Below, in pieces: positions 10,757 to 24,042 of a stretch of DNA of 64,000 nt. A program made the translations under genes and the position numbers. Numbering within the stretch: position 1 is the first letter of the stretch; each line of letters starts with the position of its first letter. The DNA lies in the NCBI GenBank assembly GCA_010093995.1, contig ML992521.1, forward strand, positions 62,001 to 126,000. The letters run 5' to 3'. The notes under the pieces are model-generated. The model did no database searches, was not told where the DNA came from, and saw nothing but the letters and a program-made list of their open reading frames with translations. The stretch is from Elsinoe ampelina. Lineage: Eukaryota.

Positions 10757-13353
10757 TTAGTATCTTACAATCGGTGCCCCATTGAGTTGATCTTGAAGGA
10801 GTACACCGTCCTTGATGCCCAGCTTCTCCATCTCGTCCATCCATGTTGTAGATCTTTTCTTGCCAAGCTTCCACTTGAACTTCTTTCCTTCCTTCTCTGA
10901 AGGCGCCGGGGACGGAGTGCCGAGAGAGCTGATGTCATCCGCGTACTGGTACTTGGGAGTCTTGAGCGAGTTGAAGAACTCTGCACTGCCCTGACTGCTC
11001 AAGCTGCTCATACGAGAGATGAACTCGGTCTCGCCAGTGATAGGGTCCTGACGCTTCTCGAGGAAACGTTTCGGTACAGCGCTGGGAACAACGATAGGAG
11101 AGATCATGTCGCCGCGAGATCGACGCTTCTCGCTGATAGACGTCTCGCCGCCCTCCGTCGGGGTCCAGGCATAATTGCCAGATCTCCGCTTTTGACTCAT
11201 GCTCATTCTGCCCCCGGCTGGTGAGGAATCTCGACTCTCGCTGGGTACCCAGGAATAGTTGCCAGATCTCCGCTTAAGAGCCAAGCTAGCACGATGGTCC
11301 AAGTTGGGAGCCATGCCTGATTCGGCAGGAAGCCACGAGTAGTTGCCGGATCTTCGCTTTAAGCTGACACTTTGAGAACGAGAAATGGGAGTGACGTCCT
11401 TGTGCTCCTGTTCGACAGGTAGCCAAGAATAATTGCCCGACTTGCGCTTCGTCTGGAGATCCGTTATGGATGTGGTCGTCACGCTAGTGATAGGGTCCGA
11501 TGGCGGAGACTCCGCAGAAGGAGGGCCCGAAGGCACCGCTTCGACAGGGACGGGAGGTGGAGCAGTCACCGGTGGGGGTGGGATGACGAGGGTGAGTTCT
11601 GGTGTTGACTTTGCGATCCCAATCTCCTCTGGATCTAAAGCAGGCGGTGGACTAACTGGCACCTCTTGTCCGTCCATGAGAGAGTCGGTCGGCGTCGACT
11701 TGGACAACGGCAAAGGCTTGCGTTGAGCCTTGGTGATGATTGGCATAGGCGGCGGTGCCATGGTTGCCATGACATGTGGTAAGATGGGACTCTCGAATTG
11801 GTGTACCGGTATCCTTGGATGTGTATAGTCAAAGTCCGAGTATGATTTGCGGAAGTCAGCCTTCCGCTGTACGTCGGGTTGCTTCTGCTTCGAAGGTGGT
11901 CCCATAGACTTTCTGAATTCCTTCTTCAGCTCTGCCGCCGATTTCTTGAGATCAGCCGACCTTCGCTTGGCGGCTGATTTGTTCCACAGAGCAGCGATAT
12001 GTTTTGGCTTCTCTGAAGCCTGGTCCTCAGTTCGCTCCAAGGCTTGCTGTGTCAACGACGGGGAATCCTCGCCCTGCCATTGATCTATGCTTGGCAATGG
12101 TGGTAGTTCCCGGTTGAGGTTGAGAGTATTCCGGTTGCGTAGTGAAGCTCCACTCCTCCTATTACTCAATCTCCTATCGTCTTGCTCAAAGTCACCTGAC
12201 TCTCTCCACGAGTTCCATGATTGACGCCAATTCTTCCAGCTGAAGACATTCTTCCCACCTGGCATTACACCCGATGATGCACTACTCCGTCGAGAGTCCG
12301 ACGATCTCGCTCTGCTGCCCCTTCGACTGCTCCCACGTGTCGACCCTGGTCTGATATACTCTTGAATCCCTCTAGTTATGCTCCTCGCCCGACTTCTCGA
12401 TCTGCTCTCTCTCCGCTCTTGGCCCTGCCCCTCGTCTGCCCCTCCAGCGAAGGGTTTATACCATGACTTCCTTTGCCGTCCACGGTCCTCCTCTTTCAGT
12501 GCGGCAATCTCCGGGTCTACTCTTGCTGGTGCATGATAGGAGGCATACTTGGCGCGCTTGCCAGTGAAGGTGCCCGACGCTGACGCGGTGGCATGGTTGA
12601 CAGGGAGTTCTGAAAGGTCAGTTTGAAAATCCTGGGAATCCGTATCCTGGGTAAGATCACGGCGCACCTGCTTGGGTCGGACGGGCAGCTGGTTCATGGG
12701 CAAGTTGGACGCCACTGAAAAGGACCTTGAGGCCTGCCTGCCAGTCGGGGCTTTTTGGGTCGCTCCCTTGTCGAGGCTGGTGGTCGACTCTGCCCTTCGA
12801 CGGCTCCTGTCGGCCAGTGAGGTGAAGTGTGAACGGTCGGAGTCGACGAAAAGATCCTTTAGAGCAGTGTCAGGCTTGTAGGCATACTTGCTCCTGTCAA
12901 GCGGACCATTTGGAACAGGGAACTCAGGGAGATTATTGTTGGCGGCCGGATTGGAGAAGTTCCGCGTGTGCTTTGAACCGGACATGGAACGCTGACGAGC
13001 CGCCTCGCTCTTGGACCTCACGGCTGTGTAGTCCAATTGCGGAAAGCCCAACTGCTCATATGGATTCTCGTGCTCGACGTAGGCGTCGGAAGGGATTGTG
13101 TTGTTCACGATTCCAGCGCAGGCAAGTCGGAGATCCACCTCGGTTCTAGCAGGCAGCGGGTCACGTCGTCCAGGGTGGGGAGAAGGCGGCGGACTGTATT
13201 CATCAGAGTAGGATTGGCCATCCTTGCTGCCTTTTCCATCTGACTTTCCAGATCCGAACGTCTGGAGGACATGTCAGTGATTGACGCTACTTCTCTAGGC
13301 ATAACCCTCTTTCTCACCTCTCGAAAGTTGAACGAAAACTTTCGTCTCATCAT
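10757..13353 (-). CDS. Large low-complexity Ser/Arg/Pro-rich hypothetical protein with KR(K/R)SGNYxW repeats
   Basis: 793-aa ORF extended by exon 13353-13318 and a 17-nt micro-exon 13261-13245 (introns GTGAGA..CTGAC..CAG and GTCAGA..CTGAT..CAG), giving MMRRKFSFNFRETFGSGNPPPSP... Confidence 0.75.
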
Positions 13354-14806
13354 CTTGATATCGACTATCTGACCAGTCGAAGGCGTGAAGATGTGAAAGT
13401 GATCAAATGTCGAAAGATTGACAGCCAAGTTTCATCCAATGCGACCGACACGAGAGAGAGACGAGCGAACAGGAAGCTGGGTCGTTGTCGGCCGTTGCGG
13501 GCGGTTGGATAAGGACGGGGGATAGGCACGTTGAGCAGAGAATAGCGTGGAGCGGGTAATCCGCCTTCAATCGGATTGGCGTTCCTGGTAGTACAATTGC
13601 CGGTACAGCATCTTGTTTCAAAGCATGCTGTACAGAGGAGTTCGGCGGTGGGAGTGATCCTCGGAGGAGACACGGGGGATGAGAGGCGAAGGAGAAGGGG
13701 TGAGATGTCGTTGTGAAGGAGGATGACAGCTGAGGACGACGCCAAAAGGAACCTCGTCTCTCTGCTCACATCCCGTCCACCATGTACATATGCACGGTTG
13801 ACGATCCATCAGATGGCATTGGCCAATCAAGCGTGTTCCTGGGCGCCTCTTTTCAATCCTTCCGCGTTTGGACGTGCCGTTGCGACGCCCGTTCTGTTGC
13901 CCACTCGCTGTCCACGCCGGATCTTTACCGTCAGCGCAGTGTCCATGACTACCTTGCGACAGCGTCTGGTGGGACCTTGTTGGAGACGCCTGAGGTGGAG
14001 ATTACGAACTTTGCTCTGACTGCGAATGAGGATTGGAGACGCGGCGGTGAGGTCGGCGACTCTACCTCGGTTATTGTTGCCACACTGTGTCGTCCTCGGA
14101 CTTGACTCCAAAAATATCTTCGTTCATCACCGCTCGTGCATTCATCAATCCCAGCACGTCGGGCATCTCCTGCAGCGGGCATCTACAGGCACTTCCACTT
14201 GGTACTACCACTGCGCTTTCCATCATCCTTCACTGGATATCCAACGGCCCTGCGTGTGGCCGTTGTACATGACCACCACTCTCACCGGCGCTGAAACATG
14301 GTGCTTCACAGTCGCTTGACCGGTACACCTTTACCTCATCTATTGGACTGTTACAATGCTTCGCACGGCCCATTACATTTGCTACGGCATACACTGGCGA
14401 CGAGCCTCGCAGTCAAGCTATGAGTTGTTCTCGATGCGGCTGGAAGGTCTTGCACCCCACGCTAGAAGCATGGAAGCCCGTTGATCGAGGCGTTTCTCAT
14501 CGCTGGTAGCTCTGGGTGAATGAAGAGCTTTCGTCCCAATCGTGACACGCTGTAGCCCCAGCCGTCATACTCTGTCCGACTTGTGCAACTATAGCCAACT
14601 TGTATTTGTCAATGTTGCACCTGAAAGAGCGTTGTGTAAGGCACAAGCGAGCAGTAAGTATCACAGTCGGCATGTGGAGAGAAGGAATGTCTTGCTGCAC
14701 AATGATCCATGGGGCGATGATTGCTTGGCTTATCAGAAGCCGTCATGGCCCAAATATGCTGCACTATTCATATGTGGCACCTGGTCTGTCATTACCCTGT
14801 ATCATT

Positions 14807-15993
14807 TCACAAGTTGCTCCTTCCCCCAAATACCGTGGTCTCTAACCACTCCTTCACATGCGCATTGACCTCGTCACTTGCCTGCCAGAGGGCCCAATGC
14901 CCTGCTGTGACCTCCTTGCGGATCAAGTTTGGCACACTCCTCTCCATGCCTGCTGAAAGCTCCTTGGTAAGGATGTTGTCTTTGTTGGCGAGAATGTACA
15001 ACACAGGTTGTGCCAACGTTTTCTTTGGCAGATTGAGCTCATCGTCAAAGTTGACCTTTCGTGTCCGATACCAGTTCACTGCTAATGTCAGCACAATCGC
15101 CTGCGGAACGCGAGTGTGACTTACGTGGTCCATGTATTCCCTTCCTCGCATACTGGTCAACCACATACTTCATCTCCTCTTCTTCCACAAGCCTGCTCCT
15201 CTCCACTTTGCCAAGCAGGCTGAGATCAACGCCCTTTGTTGGCGTCATGAACGTGCTTCCTTCGGGTACATTTCCTCCGTACACGCCATTCAAGAATTGC
15301 TCTAGATCCTCTCTGGTCTTCACTCCCTTCTCTACCTCGCCACTGGCCAAGTGGACCTGGTATCCAAACTGCGGCACCGGTCCACTTGCCAGTTGCTCAT
15401 TGCTCATGTAGACCGTGCTTGGAGATGCATAAGGTGTGCAGACACTGAAGACATGGGTTACCAATTCGGGGTGCCACTGCGCGAATCGATAAACAACCAT
15501 TCCACCCCTGCATCTGTCAGTCGTGCTCACAAGGGTCTCTATCAAGACATTCATCCAACTAGATCGATCTAACAAGGTGTGAGAGCAGAAGAGAACCTAC
15601 CAATCATGACCTCCCAGCACTATCCTGCTCACACCTAACTCTTTGGCAAGAGCAGCAAGGTCATCACTAACTTTCTTGAATCCGTACGCTTTGACGTCTT
15701 CGGGTGCATCTGTCCCGCCATACCCTGGCATATCCGGCACTACAACCCGTAACCCCAGCGATGTGAGAAACGGGATCTGATATCGCCATCCAAAAGCCAG
15801 ATCAGGCCAGCCATGAATGAGGAAAATGGTGCCTCTCACCGGGCCAGTGGGTTTGGACAAGAGGTAGCCTATCAGATCATCAGCGTCTTGTAACAGTATA
15901 AGGATAAATCATCTTACGGTATTTGGTCCCATTCAGGACGGTAGTACGAGAGATGGCTTCAGCTTCGGAGGGAGATAACTTATTTGAGGCCAT
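14807..15993 (-). CDS. Alpha/beta-fold epoxide hydrolase-like protein, probably peroxisomal
   Basis: HGWP oxyanion motif, GHDW|GG nucleophile elbow across an intron, catalytic His in AGHW. Three introns; C-terminus GGRSNL resembles a PTS1. Confidence 0.88.
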
Positions 15994-16890
15994 GCTAGAT
16001 GATAGAGGAGTCTGAGATATCTGAAATGTAGTTGTATTCGCTATCTTCTTTTCAATTGCAGATTCTGATCGAACAAGAATGCCATAAAGTATATTATCGC
16101 TTTCTGAAAAACAGTGATCGCTCGTCATGCTTAGAAGCTTGTGACCCCTCACCAACGCCGAGGTTGGACGACGGCGACATCACTAATCCATCTCAACACC
16201 TACATTCTTGCCATCAACGGGTATCTCGCATCGCGTCCATTTCAGGCTCAGGTCCGTTCGCAGGCAATGATGGCAGACCACGACGATAGTCCCCTTACCT
16301 GCGGAAGGTTAGTGTCTACCGGCCAGACAGGCATATGCGAAGCTCAACTCCAGCGTCGTGCGGTCAGTCCGTAGGCCATCTCAGGCGGCGGGCAAGCATA
16401 GAGATGACCAAGCTAGAACGTATGAAGTGCCGGTGTGCCCAATGCTGAACGAGGGTGACCAGAGCGAGAATGTGGTTGTAATTCATCTCATGCCGTGGAC
16501 GCTCGGGAGCCCGCAGGACAGACAAACGGAGCTCTAAGCAGCTCCTCCTATGATATTTCACTTGAAGCCATCACCTTATAAGATTGCGACACGGTTGTCG
16601 TCTTACTTTACATCTCCTTCTTTGCCGATTGGGAAGAGCACGCTTGACAATACTGACACTGATGGCACCGACGATCAGATTGATGCCATTCACCAAATCG
16701 CACCTCTAACAGAGGATCAACATTTCGCGAAGAAAGGATCACCTTTCTCGCCAGCCATCTGATCCCGAACGAACCACTCTACGGCTGGAAGTCTTAACAG
16801 GCCAGAGCACCAACAGACCGGCACTACGATCAGGCTTGCATCGCAGCAGGAAAGATTGATGCGTTACAGACCGTGGATATCGACATCCTC

Positions 16891-17913
16891 ATGGACGGTC
16901 CGCACGGATTCAGACAGTCGACGACTCAGCCGGACAGTATGCATCCTTCACGACCTCATCTCATCAACTCCAACACACCTCTCTCGCCCCCTCCATCTAG
17001 CGACGATCCCGAACAGCCAAACAAACTCACCGCATATGCATTCACACTGCCACGACCCTCTTCCACCACTGCTCCATCTCCATACACCTCTTCGCCGGGC
17101 CCGATCTCCAGCAACGTCCTCTCCTCACCCACAAACGAACACTACCCAAAAGCCCCCTCCCGCTCACCCTCACCTCTCTCCTCCCTCTTCCCTTGTACCC
17201 ACACCGAGCCAAAGATCTACTTCCTCCCCCTCCCCTCTACCCTCGCCAACCAGCGCCTGGACGCCCTCGAATCAGCAACCAGCCGATCCTGGAACCCAAA
17301 GCGAGACCACGAAAGGCACTACCACCGCTCCGGCCGACCAAGACAAGGGAAATGGGACCAAAACCTGCACATTGCGGCAGAGAACAACAAGAAAGAATAC
17401 ATACACAACGACCATTCTGCAACAGACACGCCCCGCAGCACCAGCGACCATCGCCGTGACAGCACACAAACCACACAAAGGGAAACAACCACCGACCGAA
17501 CCACCGACCGCAGCGACAGGACCACCGACCGCCACCGCCACAAACCCACTAGACTCTCGGTCGATAAGCGACCCAGATCTCGCCCTCAATCCCAATCACC
17601 CTCCCCTGCCCAACGCATACATCATACCGCAGAGAGCGACACTCTAGACCTCCTAAGACGGTCCACCTTCTCCGACACCACCAGCGGATCTTCGGTGGTC
17701 GACGCCGGCGCGGAATGGGGCGGCGGAGGGGCGTTCACTTCCGGTCGTCCTTCTGGGTACTCTTCCGGGTGGTCTTCCGGGCGCTTCAGTGGCCAAGGGA
17801 GTGGGGGGAGGAGGTATTCCCCTCGAAAGAGGTCATGGCGCGAAGAGGGTACGGGCCGTCGTGAGGAGGGGAGGTCGCGTCGTGAGGCTGAGCGTGGGGA
17901 CAGGCGGTGGTGA
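16891..17913 (+). CDS. Hypothetical disordered Ser/Pro/Arg-rich protein
   Basis: About 340-aa open frame with TTDR and (S/T)SG repeats. No recognisable domain; start uncertain. Confidence 0.45.
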   Translation: MDGPHGFRQSTTQPDSMHPSRPHLINSNTPLSPPPSSDDPEQPNKLTAYAFTLPRPSSTTAPSPYTSSPGPISSNVLSSPTNEHYPKAPSRSPSPLSSLFPCTHTEPKIYFLPLPSTLANQRLDALESATSRSWNPKRDHERHYHRSGRPRQGKWDQNLHIAAENNKKEYIHNDHSATDTPRSTSDHRRDSTQTTQRETTTDRTTDRSDRTTDRHRHKPTRLSVDKRPRSRPQSQSPSPAQRIHHTAESDTLDLLRRSTFSDTTSGSSVVDAGAEWGGGGAFTSGRPSGYSSGWSSGRFSGQGSGGRRYSPRKRSWREEGTGRREEGRSRREAERGDRRW

Positions 17914-18967
17914 GATGCCTGATGAGTGGGTGTCGGTGGGCATGAGAGGGTGAGTGGCAGGGCGGGACGACGTTCCGTGGAGTGGGAATGGGGAAGGTGG
18001 GGGTTGGGGGGGGGGACATAAGGTACAGGTGATTGGGCATAGACGGGGTTTCCCGGGCTGATAGAGGGTTCGCCTCGTCAAGTTATGGAAGGGGCTGTTG
18101 CTTTACTTGCGTGGAGTTAGGGGACAGGGACGAGATGTGATATCCTGCAAGGCCTGTGGACTGTAAAAGCAAGGCGTTGCTCGGCGTTCCGGCAGCAAAA
18201 GGTGATGTTACCCTTTGAGCCAGATGAGGGATCATTTCGAAGAGCATTTCGGGATGCACATTCGATGATAGCACAGCAATTGCTCTTTTCAACATACACG
18301 ACAGATAGCAGCAGAATAACAACACGTCACACATTAAGCCTAGCGCACAAGGAGGGGGTGATTCATCAAGTTCCTTCATCATATCTACAGCAGAACTAGT
18401 TTCCGGTCTCAGCGGCAATCGGGAAGAAAAAGTAGAATATCATTATCGTACAGCCGCCTGTCTAATCTGACCAGGCCGTACCGCCCTCATCCGAAGCGGA
18501 GCATAGTGCTCGTCGGTGTGCGTGTAGAAGTGATCGTGTTCGCTATGCTAGCTTCGTGAAGAAGCGTGTAAAGATCGTGTGTATCGTAAGCATGGTGCTT
18601 ATGTGGGTCCATTCCTGAGTCTGTTTGGCAGAGACAAGAGAACGAAAGATAAGACAAGAAGGTATAGGACGGTGTCAGGTCCTTCCAGATGGTATGCCGG
18701 ACTGGAACCGGCGAGGAGGTGTCTGTCGAAGGAGACCGTCTGGACGATTCGTTGCGTGCTGGCTAATGTCAAGCCGATTCGTGTTGCCGCTTACGCTATG
18801 CAAATGCAATGGAGGAATGGTTATGCTGAGACTGGTGCGTGAGGCGATGTATCCCATAACGCCCGCTAAAAGGGGAATCAAGTTTTATAAAATCAAATGC
18901 GGTCGAGGTCGAACGATCGAAGGTTCCACCCGAGGAGACCAGAGTGGTCGAATCAGGTAGAGAATTA

Positions 18968-20656
18968 CTAGTCCCGTTCCACATCTGGGTTGGCGATACC
19001 CAGCGGCCGTGAATAGTCGCGTTGATCCTGCATGGTACCAATGCTGGTCCGGCTTCCATTACCTTCCCAGTCCTGCATGATGGCGGCAGGATTGAGCCGT
19101 TGATCATAGACCAGGGGTCTACTATTTCTTCGACTGGCGTGTGACGAAGCGTCGTAGACACCGCCAGGAGCGCTGACTGGGCTCTCTGGCGGGTCGTAGA
19201 GAGCAGACTGACGTTGACTGCCATATCGGGGCTCTTCCATTGACTTTTCCGGGTCGGCCGTGGTGTTGTTGCGACCCGTAGCAAGCAGACCAGCTTTGCT
19301 AAGGACGCTGGCGTTGCGATTGATACGACTGCTTCCCGAACTGCGGCGGTCATCCTCTTGTCTTCTTCTTCTCCAGAGGAAGAAGAGGGCCAAGAGGATG
19401 AATGCCAGACCGGCGAGAGACCCAACGACAGCACCAGCGATTACACCACCAGAGGGCGAGTTGGATTGAGCAGGTCGTTCGGTGAGATTGTCGGCGGCAG
19501 TGCCACTCGTGCGGGCTCGTGGAGTTGAGGTGACAGTTTGTGTCACAATGGCGCCTGAAACAGTGACGACCTGTGTACTTGTCACGGGGGCTTCTGAGGA
19601 TTCGGTGCTAGACTCGGTGCTAGAGGCGGTGGAGGACGGAGATGAGGTCTGTATCAAGAGTCAGTAATTGTTCTCAACCGTATCTTTTCTCGTCCATTTA
19701 TGTGCGGTTCATGTATGTGCGGGGCATGTCGGTGCTGTTTATCGTAGACAATCAAAGCTGGCGTACAAGTGTGATGACAGAGGTCACCGTGGATGGGGGC
19801 GGTGGTGATGAGAAAGAGGTAGAAGGAGGAGGACTGGCAGTAGAAGTACTACTAGTAATAGGTGAGGGAGGAGGGGAATCGGTTGTCGAAGGGCTCGGAC
19901 TTGCCTCTGTAGTGGAAGGTGCTGCAGAGGTAGATGGGTCCTCGGTAGGAGTAGAGAGACCGGTGGTAGGACGAGAAGTTCGGGTCTGTGGGTAGAAGAT
20001 GTCAAAATATTTGCCATCGAGTCCATCTTTGAAAAGTAGGGGGCTGTCAAGAATTGAAGAGTCGCAACGATGCTCAAGCCCATGACCTTTTGTGTGCCTC
20101 GATGAAATGCGTGCCCATGAATGGATGTGTATGTGCGTGTGTGTATGTGCTTGCGTTGTGTATGCCAATGTCGCCGCCAAAATCACCAAATGTCTGAAGA
20201 CTTACCTGTTGTGTCCTTGTTTGTGATGTTTGTGTAGGGGAGCTTCCTGCTGTTCCTGAAGGCTGCCGTTGGAGAGCGATGTAGCCGAAAAGTCCCGAGT
20301 CTTGATTTCCGCATAGCTCGCTAGGGTAGCCTGGACATGCTTGAGAGCATTCGCTGTTGTCGACAGTGTCGGCCGGAGCAAAGTTTGAGCACCAGCAGTT
20401 TTGATATTGCACTACGGCAAAGGCATATTGGTCCTTGCATGTATCGTAGCAGAGACCGTTCGATTGATAGATGCTATAGTCTGTGGTGACAGTCAGTCTA
20501 AGCTGTGAATGACAGGTGAAAGTTCTCACTCGGTTGATTGCTGGCACCTGTATTCTGGTTCGAGCAGAGCGATTGGCTAAGCTGAGCCTGTCCGCCAACG
20601 GCAAACAAGGTAAGCAGCAACAGTGCCATTGGCGAGGGTGTCGAGTATCCAGCCAT
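18968..20656 (-). CDS. WSC-domain cell-wall stress sensor (Wsc1/Slg1 family)
   Basis: Signal peptide; WSC domain (QSNGLCYDTC..CWC..C..ACPGYPSELCG); Ser/Thr stalk; TM helix GVIAGAVVGSLAG followed by RRRR; tail DQRDYSRPLGIANPD. Exons 20656-20530, 20480-20206, 19985-19767, 19648-18968. Confidence 0.92.
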
Positions 20657-23600
20657 GATCCAGAGGTATATGTGAGAAGTGAGGGTGAATCCGAGTGTGA
20701 AGAACAGCAGTGGCAGGTCGGTCAATCAAGGCCTCGAGTCCTACCAGGACATGCACATGTCAAGACGTGCGGTCCACCCAACGACGGTGGAGTCAGACAG
20801 TCGACTGGGAGCGGGGTCGTCAAAGGTTGGAAGGCCGTCGGCGAGGTTATCGAGCACAAAGGGGAAGAAGCGAGGGAGCAAGTCGCGGGAGGTGAGGAGG
20901 TCGGGATTAGATTAAAAAGAATGGGAGGCGGAAGGTCGTGCGTTTTCCAGAGCAAGGAAGTAAAGATGCAGGAAGGTTGCAGCGTAGTGCAGACGTCGTG
21001 CACAAGGTTTAGGAAAATGCGGGCCTGTCGTGGTCACTGAGATGGCGGCTGCTCGATTGCGTTTGACGGGCGAGCGAGGATTGTCTCTGTGAGACTTGTG
21101 AGAGAGAGAGGCGGGTTGAGGACTTGAGGCTACGAAGAACTACCAGATCGACTTGCAGTTGTGCAAGGCGCTAGACGGCGTTAGTGGCGTCTTGGTGCCG
21201 GGTAATGCTTGGTTGGCTGATTTCCGGACAAGAATTGGTCCAGCTCGGTGAGAAGAATCACGACAAAACGGGAACGCGGCTTGGTCAGTGCACACAGTAT
21301 TCACGATGGTCAGTCAACCTGCTTCGAAAGAGGATATTTGCCAGGCGAAGAATCATATTTCAGTCACAGCGTGGACAGCAATGACATTTGTGCTCCGTCA
21401 TCTCATTTCCTGCTCCCTACAAGGATGTGTCAAGACGAGAAATTGGAATGGGCAAGCAAGGGCGGCATGTTTCAGTGTGACCCGGTGCAGAGGTTCTGCA
21501 ACCACGTCGTGCTCCGTATTTCTCACCACACCACCAGCGTGATCTACGCCAATCGCTCGTATGAAGGCGTCGTGCGAGGTCGATCAGTGCATGATAGCAC
21601 ACAGACCAACACGAGCCTTGGACTCTGCATAGAATGTCTGCACGTGAGGTCACGCCCCGCGCGCATCGTTATCTCGCTCAAGCAACAAAGACGCAAGGAT
21701 GGATACTCACGGCAGAGATCGTTAGTGCACAAATGTGGCTTGTCGGGAGTGTCTGTCAGAGCAGTTCGGTCTGTCTCTATCATGACTGGCTCAGGATCCC
21801 TTTCCCAAGCCGGGAGTGGGCACGGTGGATGCAATGCGGTGGAGATGGTGGAGCCGTCGACGGGATCTGACCTCTCTAGCTGCAAATCATCGCCCGCGTG
21901 ATCTGGCTATTGAATAATGCAATATCAGCGGCGAATACGCGAACTGTCGACTGCGAGCAAGCGAACGTGTGAGGTCACTTGGTTGACAATGTCCATCTCT
22001 TTGCCACGGCCACGAAGCAATCGCCTGGCCTGATAGCTGTGTACTAAACGTGCATCCCAGAAAAAAGGCCCGGCGGGGTTGTGATGTTGAGATGCTGCAA
22101 GTGAGATGCAGCGCAAGTTCCCCTCCCTGCAAGCCCGAATCTTAACATCCACTCGAGCTTCAACGAACAGCGAGCAACATCCTAAAGTGGCTTGTGAAGC
22201 TTGTGAAGCTCTCAATACCTTCAAGCCATCCTCCTTGGATCGTGTCTAGATGCCTTGCTCTTCCCCAGCAGCCTCACGCACGTGTCAGGGAACTATTTCC
22301 TGTCCAAAACTCTTGGGGTCTCACTTTCGCGGTCTCCGAATCTCCACCACCGTCATCCTTCGTGATAGCTATCATAAAGTACATGCCCTTTGTCACAACT
22401 CCGGCCCTGCGTCTGGATACGCATTCTAGGCCCTGCTTCTTACCTCTGCATTCTTTCTTTCGTGGTTCTGCCGCCATTTGCGACAACGGGATGATGCTGT
22501 GATCCTTTCTTGCTCGAGAAGTATCTTGCACCTGGACCGAATGTCTCACCACCTGACAGCCGCGTCCCACCCATCCACCATACACGTATGTTCCAACTCG
22601 GCCCCAATATCTCCGAGTCTCTCATCGTCAGCAAAGAAAGCAAAGATCGGCCCGAACGATTCCAACCAGCTCCATCGTCACTCTTTTCATTTCTCAAAGT
22701 CGCTGCGCGGTACCTGTCACCGTGCACCGTTTGTGTCCTCCCAACGAGCCGCAGCGCATACAGATCGCGATCTCAAATGAAGATCAACAAAGGTCCTTGT
22801 GTACTGTACCTGGCGGGTAAACAATTGATTTTTTTTTCTGCTTGCTTCAGAGGTAAATCCTCATCACCCCGGACACCTCATCTTCGATAACCTGACACGC
22901 CGGACGGGCGCCAACTGCAACGCTTTTCTTGACAAATCCCAGCATCATCCCTCGCTCAGCAAGGATCCCCACCTCAAGGATTCCGTCCTCGCCATCCCCA
23001 CCATTATACCTGCCCTTGCCAAGATGGAGCACACGCGTTCCGAGTGAAAAAAAAAACCACCCAACGTCCTCACCATCTGGTTGGCCGTAAATCCCCCCGC
23101 GGCTCTACTGGCCGCCTGTCATTGGCGGGTGTCACGTCGATTACGCAAACCATGTTTCTCTTTTCCACCACAGTACTCGTCCGTCTGTCCGCCCCCAGCA
23201 AAGATCGGATCGCATCTACATCTCCACCATGCCAACCTAAGTCACGACCGTTTCCTTTTCGCCAACTCCCTTTCTGTCTGTCTTGCTGCACTTGCCTTGA
23301 CGCCGGCAAAACTCACAATGCCTGTGCCTTGTCTCCGAGTGACAATCTGAAACAGATGGCATGCAAGACCGTTGGGGTCGAGTTCCAGTAGCCGGATTGC
23401 TGGGCTCTTCGATGCGATTACCTGCAGGTGCTAAATTTGTTCAGAGATGCATTGGCGTGGTAGGGGTTGTGCGTCTGGTCTTGGTCATTGCGTGTGCTGA
23501 GGCTGAGGTGACTGGGATCGTAAGGGGTGAGTATCCTTGTGAGGTGCTGCTTTCGAGGTCTTGCTTTTATGCTGCATAGGACTTGTGTCTGGGAGAAGGA

Positions 23601-24042
23601 TGGTGGCTACTGTGGATGTCATGGGAGGTGTCGGCGATAGATGAAGAAGTGGTGCAGAGTCTGTTTGCTGCTTTCCCTCGCCTATGGTGTCCTCCATTAT
23701 CTGTATGTGCATATCTTCTGCCGGGCGCGCTGCAGATTCCTAATCGATGTCATACATCGCTTTTTGAGGTGGCGAGTAGTACTTTAGCGATAAGGTGCTC
23801 GTGAGTACTAGATACCCGTTTCCGTACTCATACATTTCGAGGATCATTTGTTGCTCCCGACCATGATGGCATGGAAACATCTATCCTTCAGCTCAACTTG
23901 AAGTCCCGGCGCCTGCCCTCAATTTTAAGACACACACCAAGGACAAGCATTCAAGCACGGCCAAACAGAACATGGTTGGACTTATCGCAAGGTAAAATGT
24001 CTATACTAGATATCTATAATCTACACCTCTACGCCACCTCTA

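Noticed and set aside
17490..17800. ACCGACCG and TCTTCCGGG short repeats as possible array
   Set aside because: Short degenerate coding repeats (TTDR, SSG) with no spacers; not CRISPR-like or mobile.
21248..21901. 217-aa ORF in the large intergenic gap
   Set aside because: Non-ATG start, random-looking composition and no domain.
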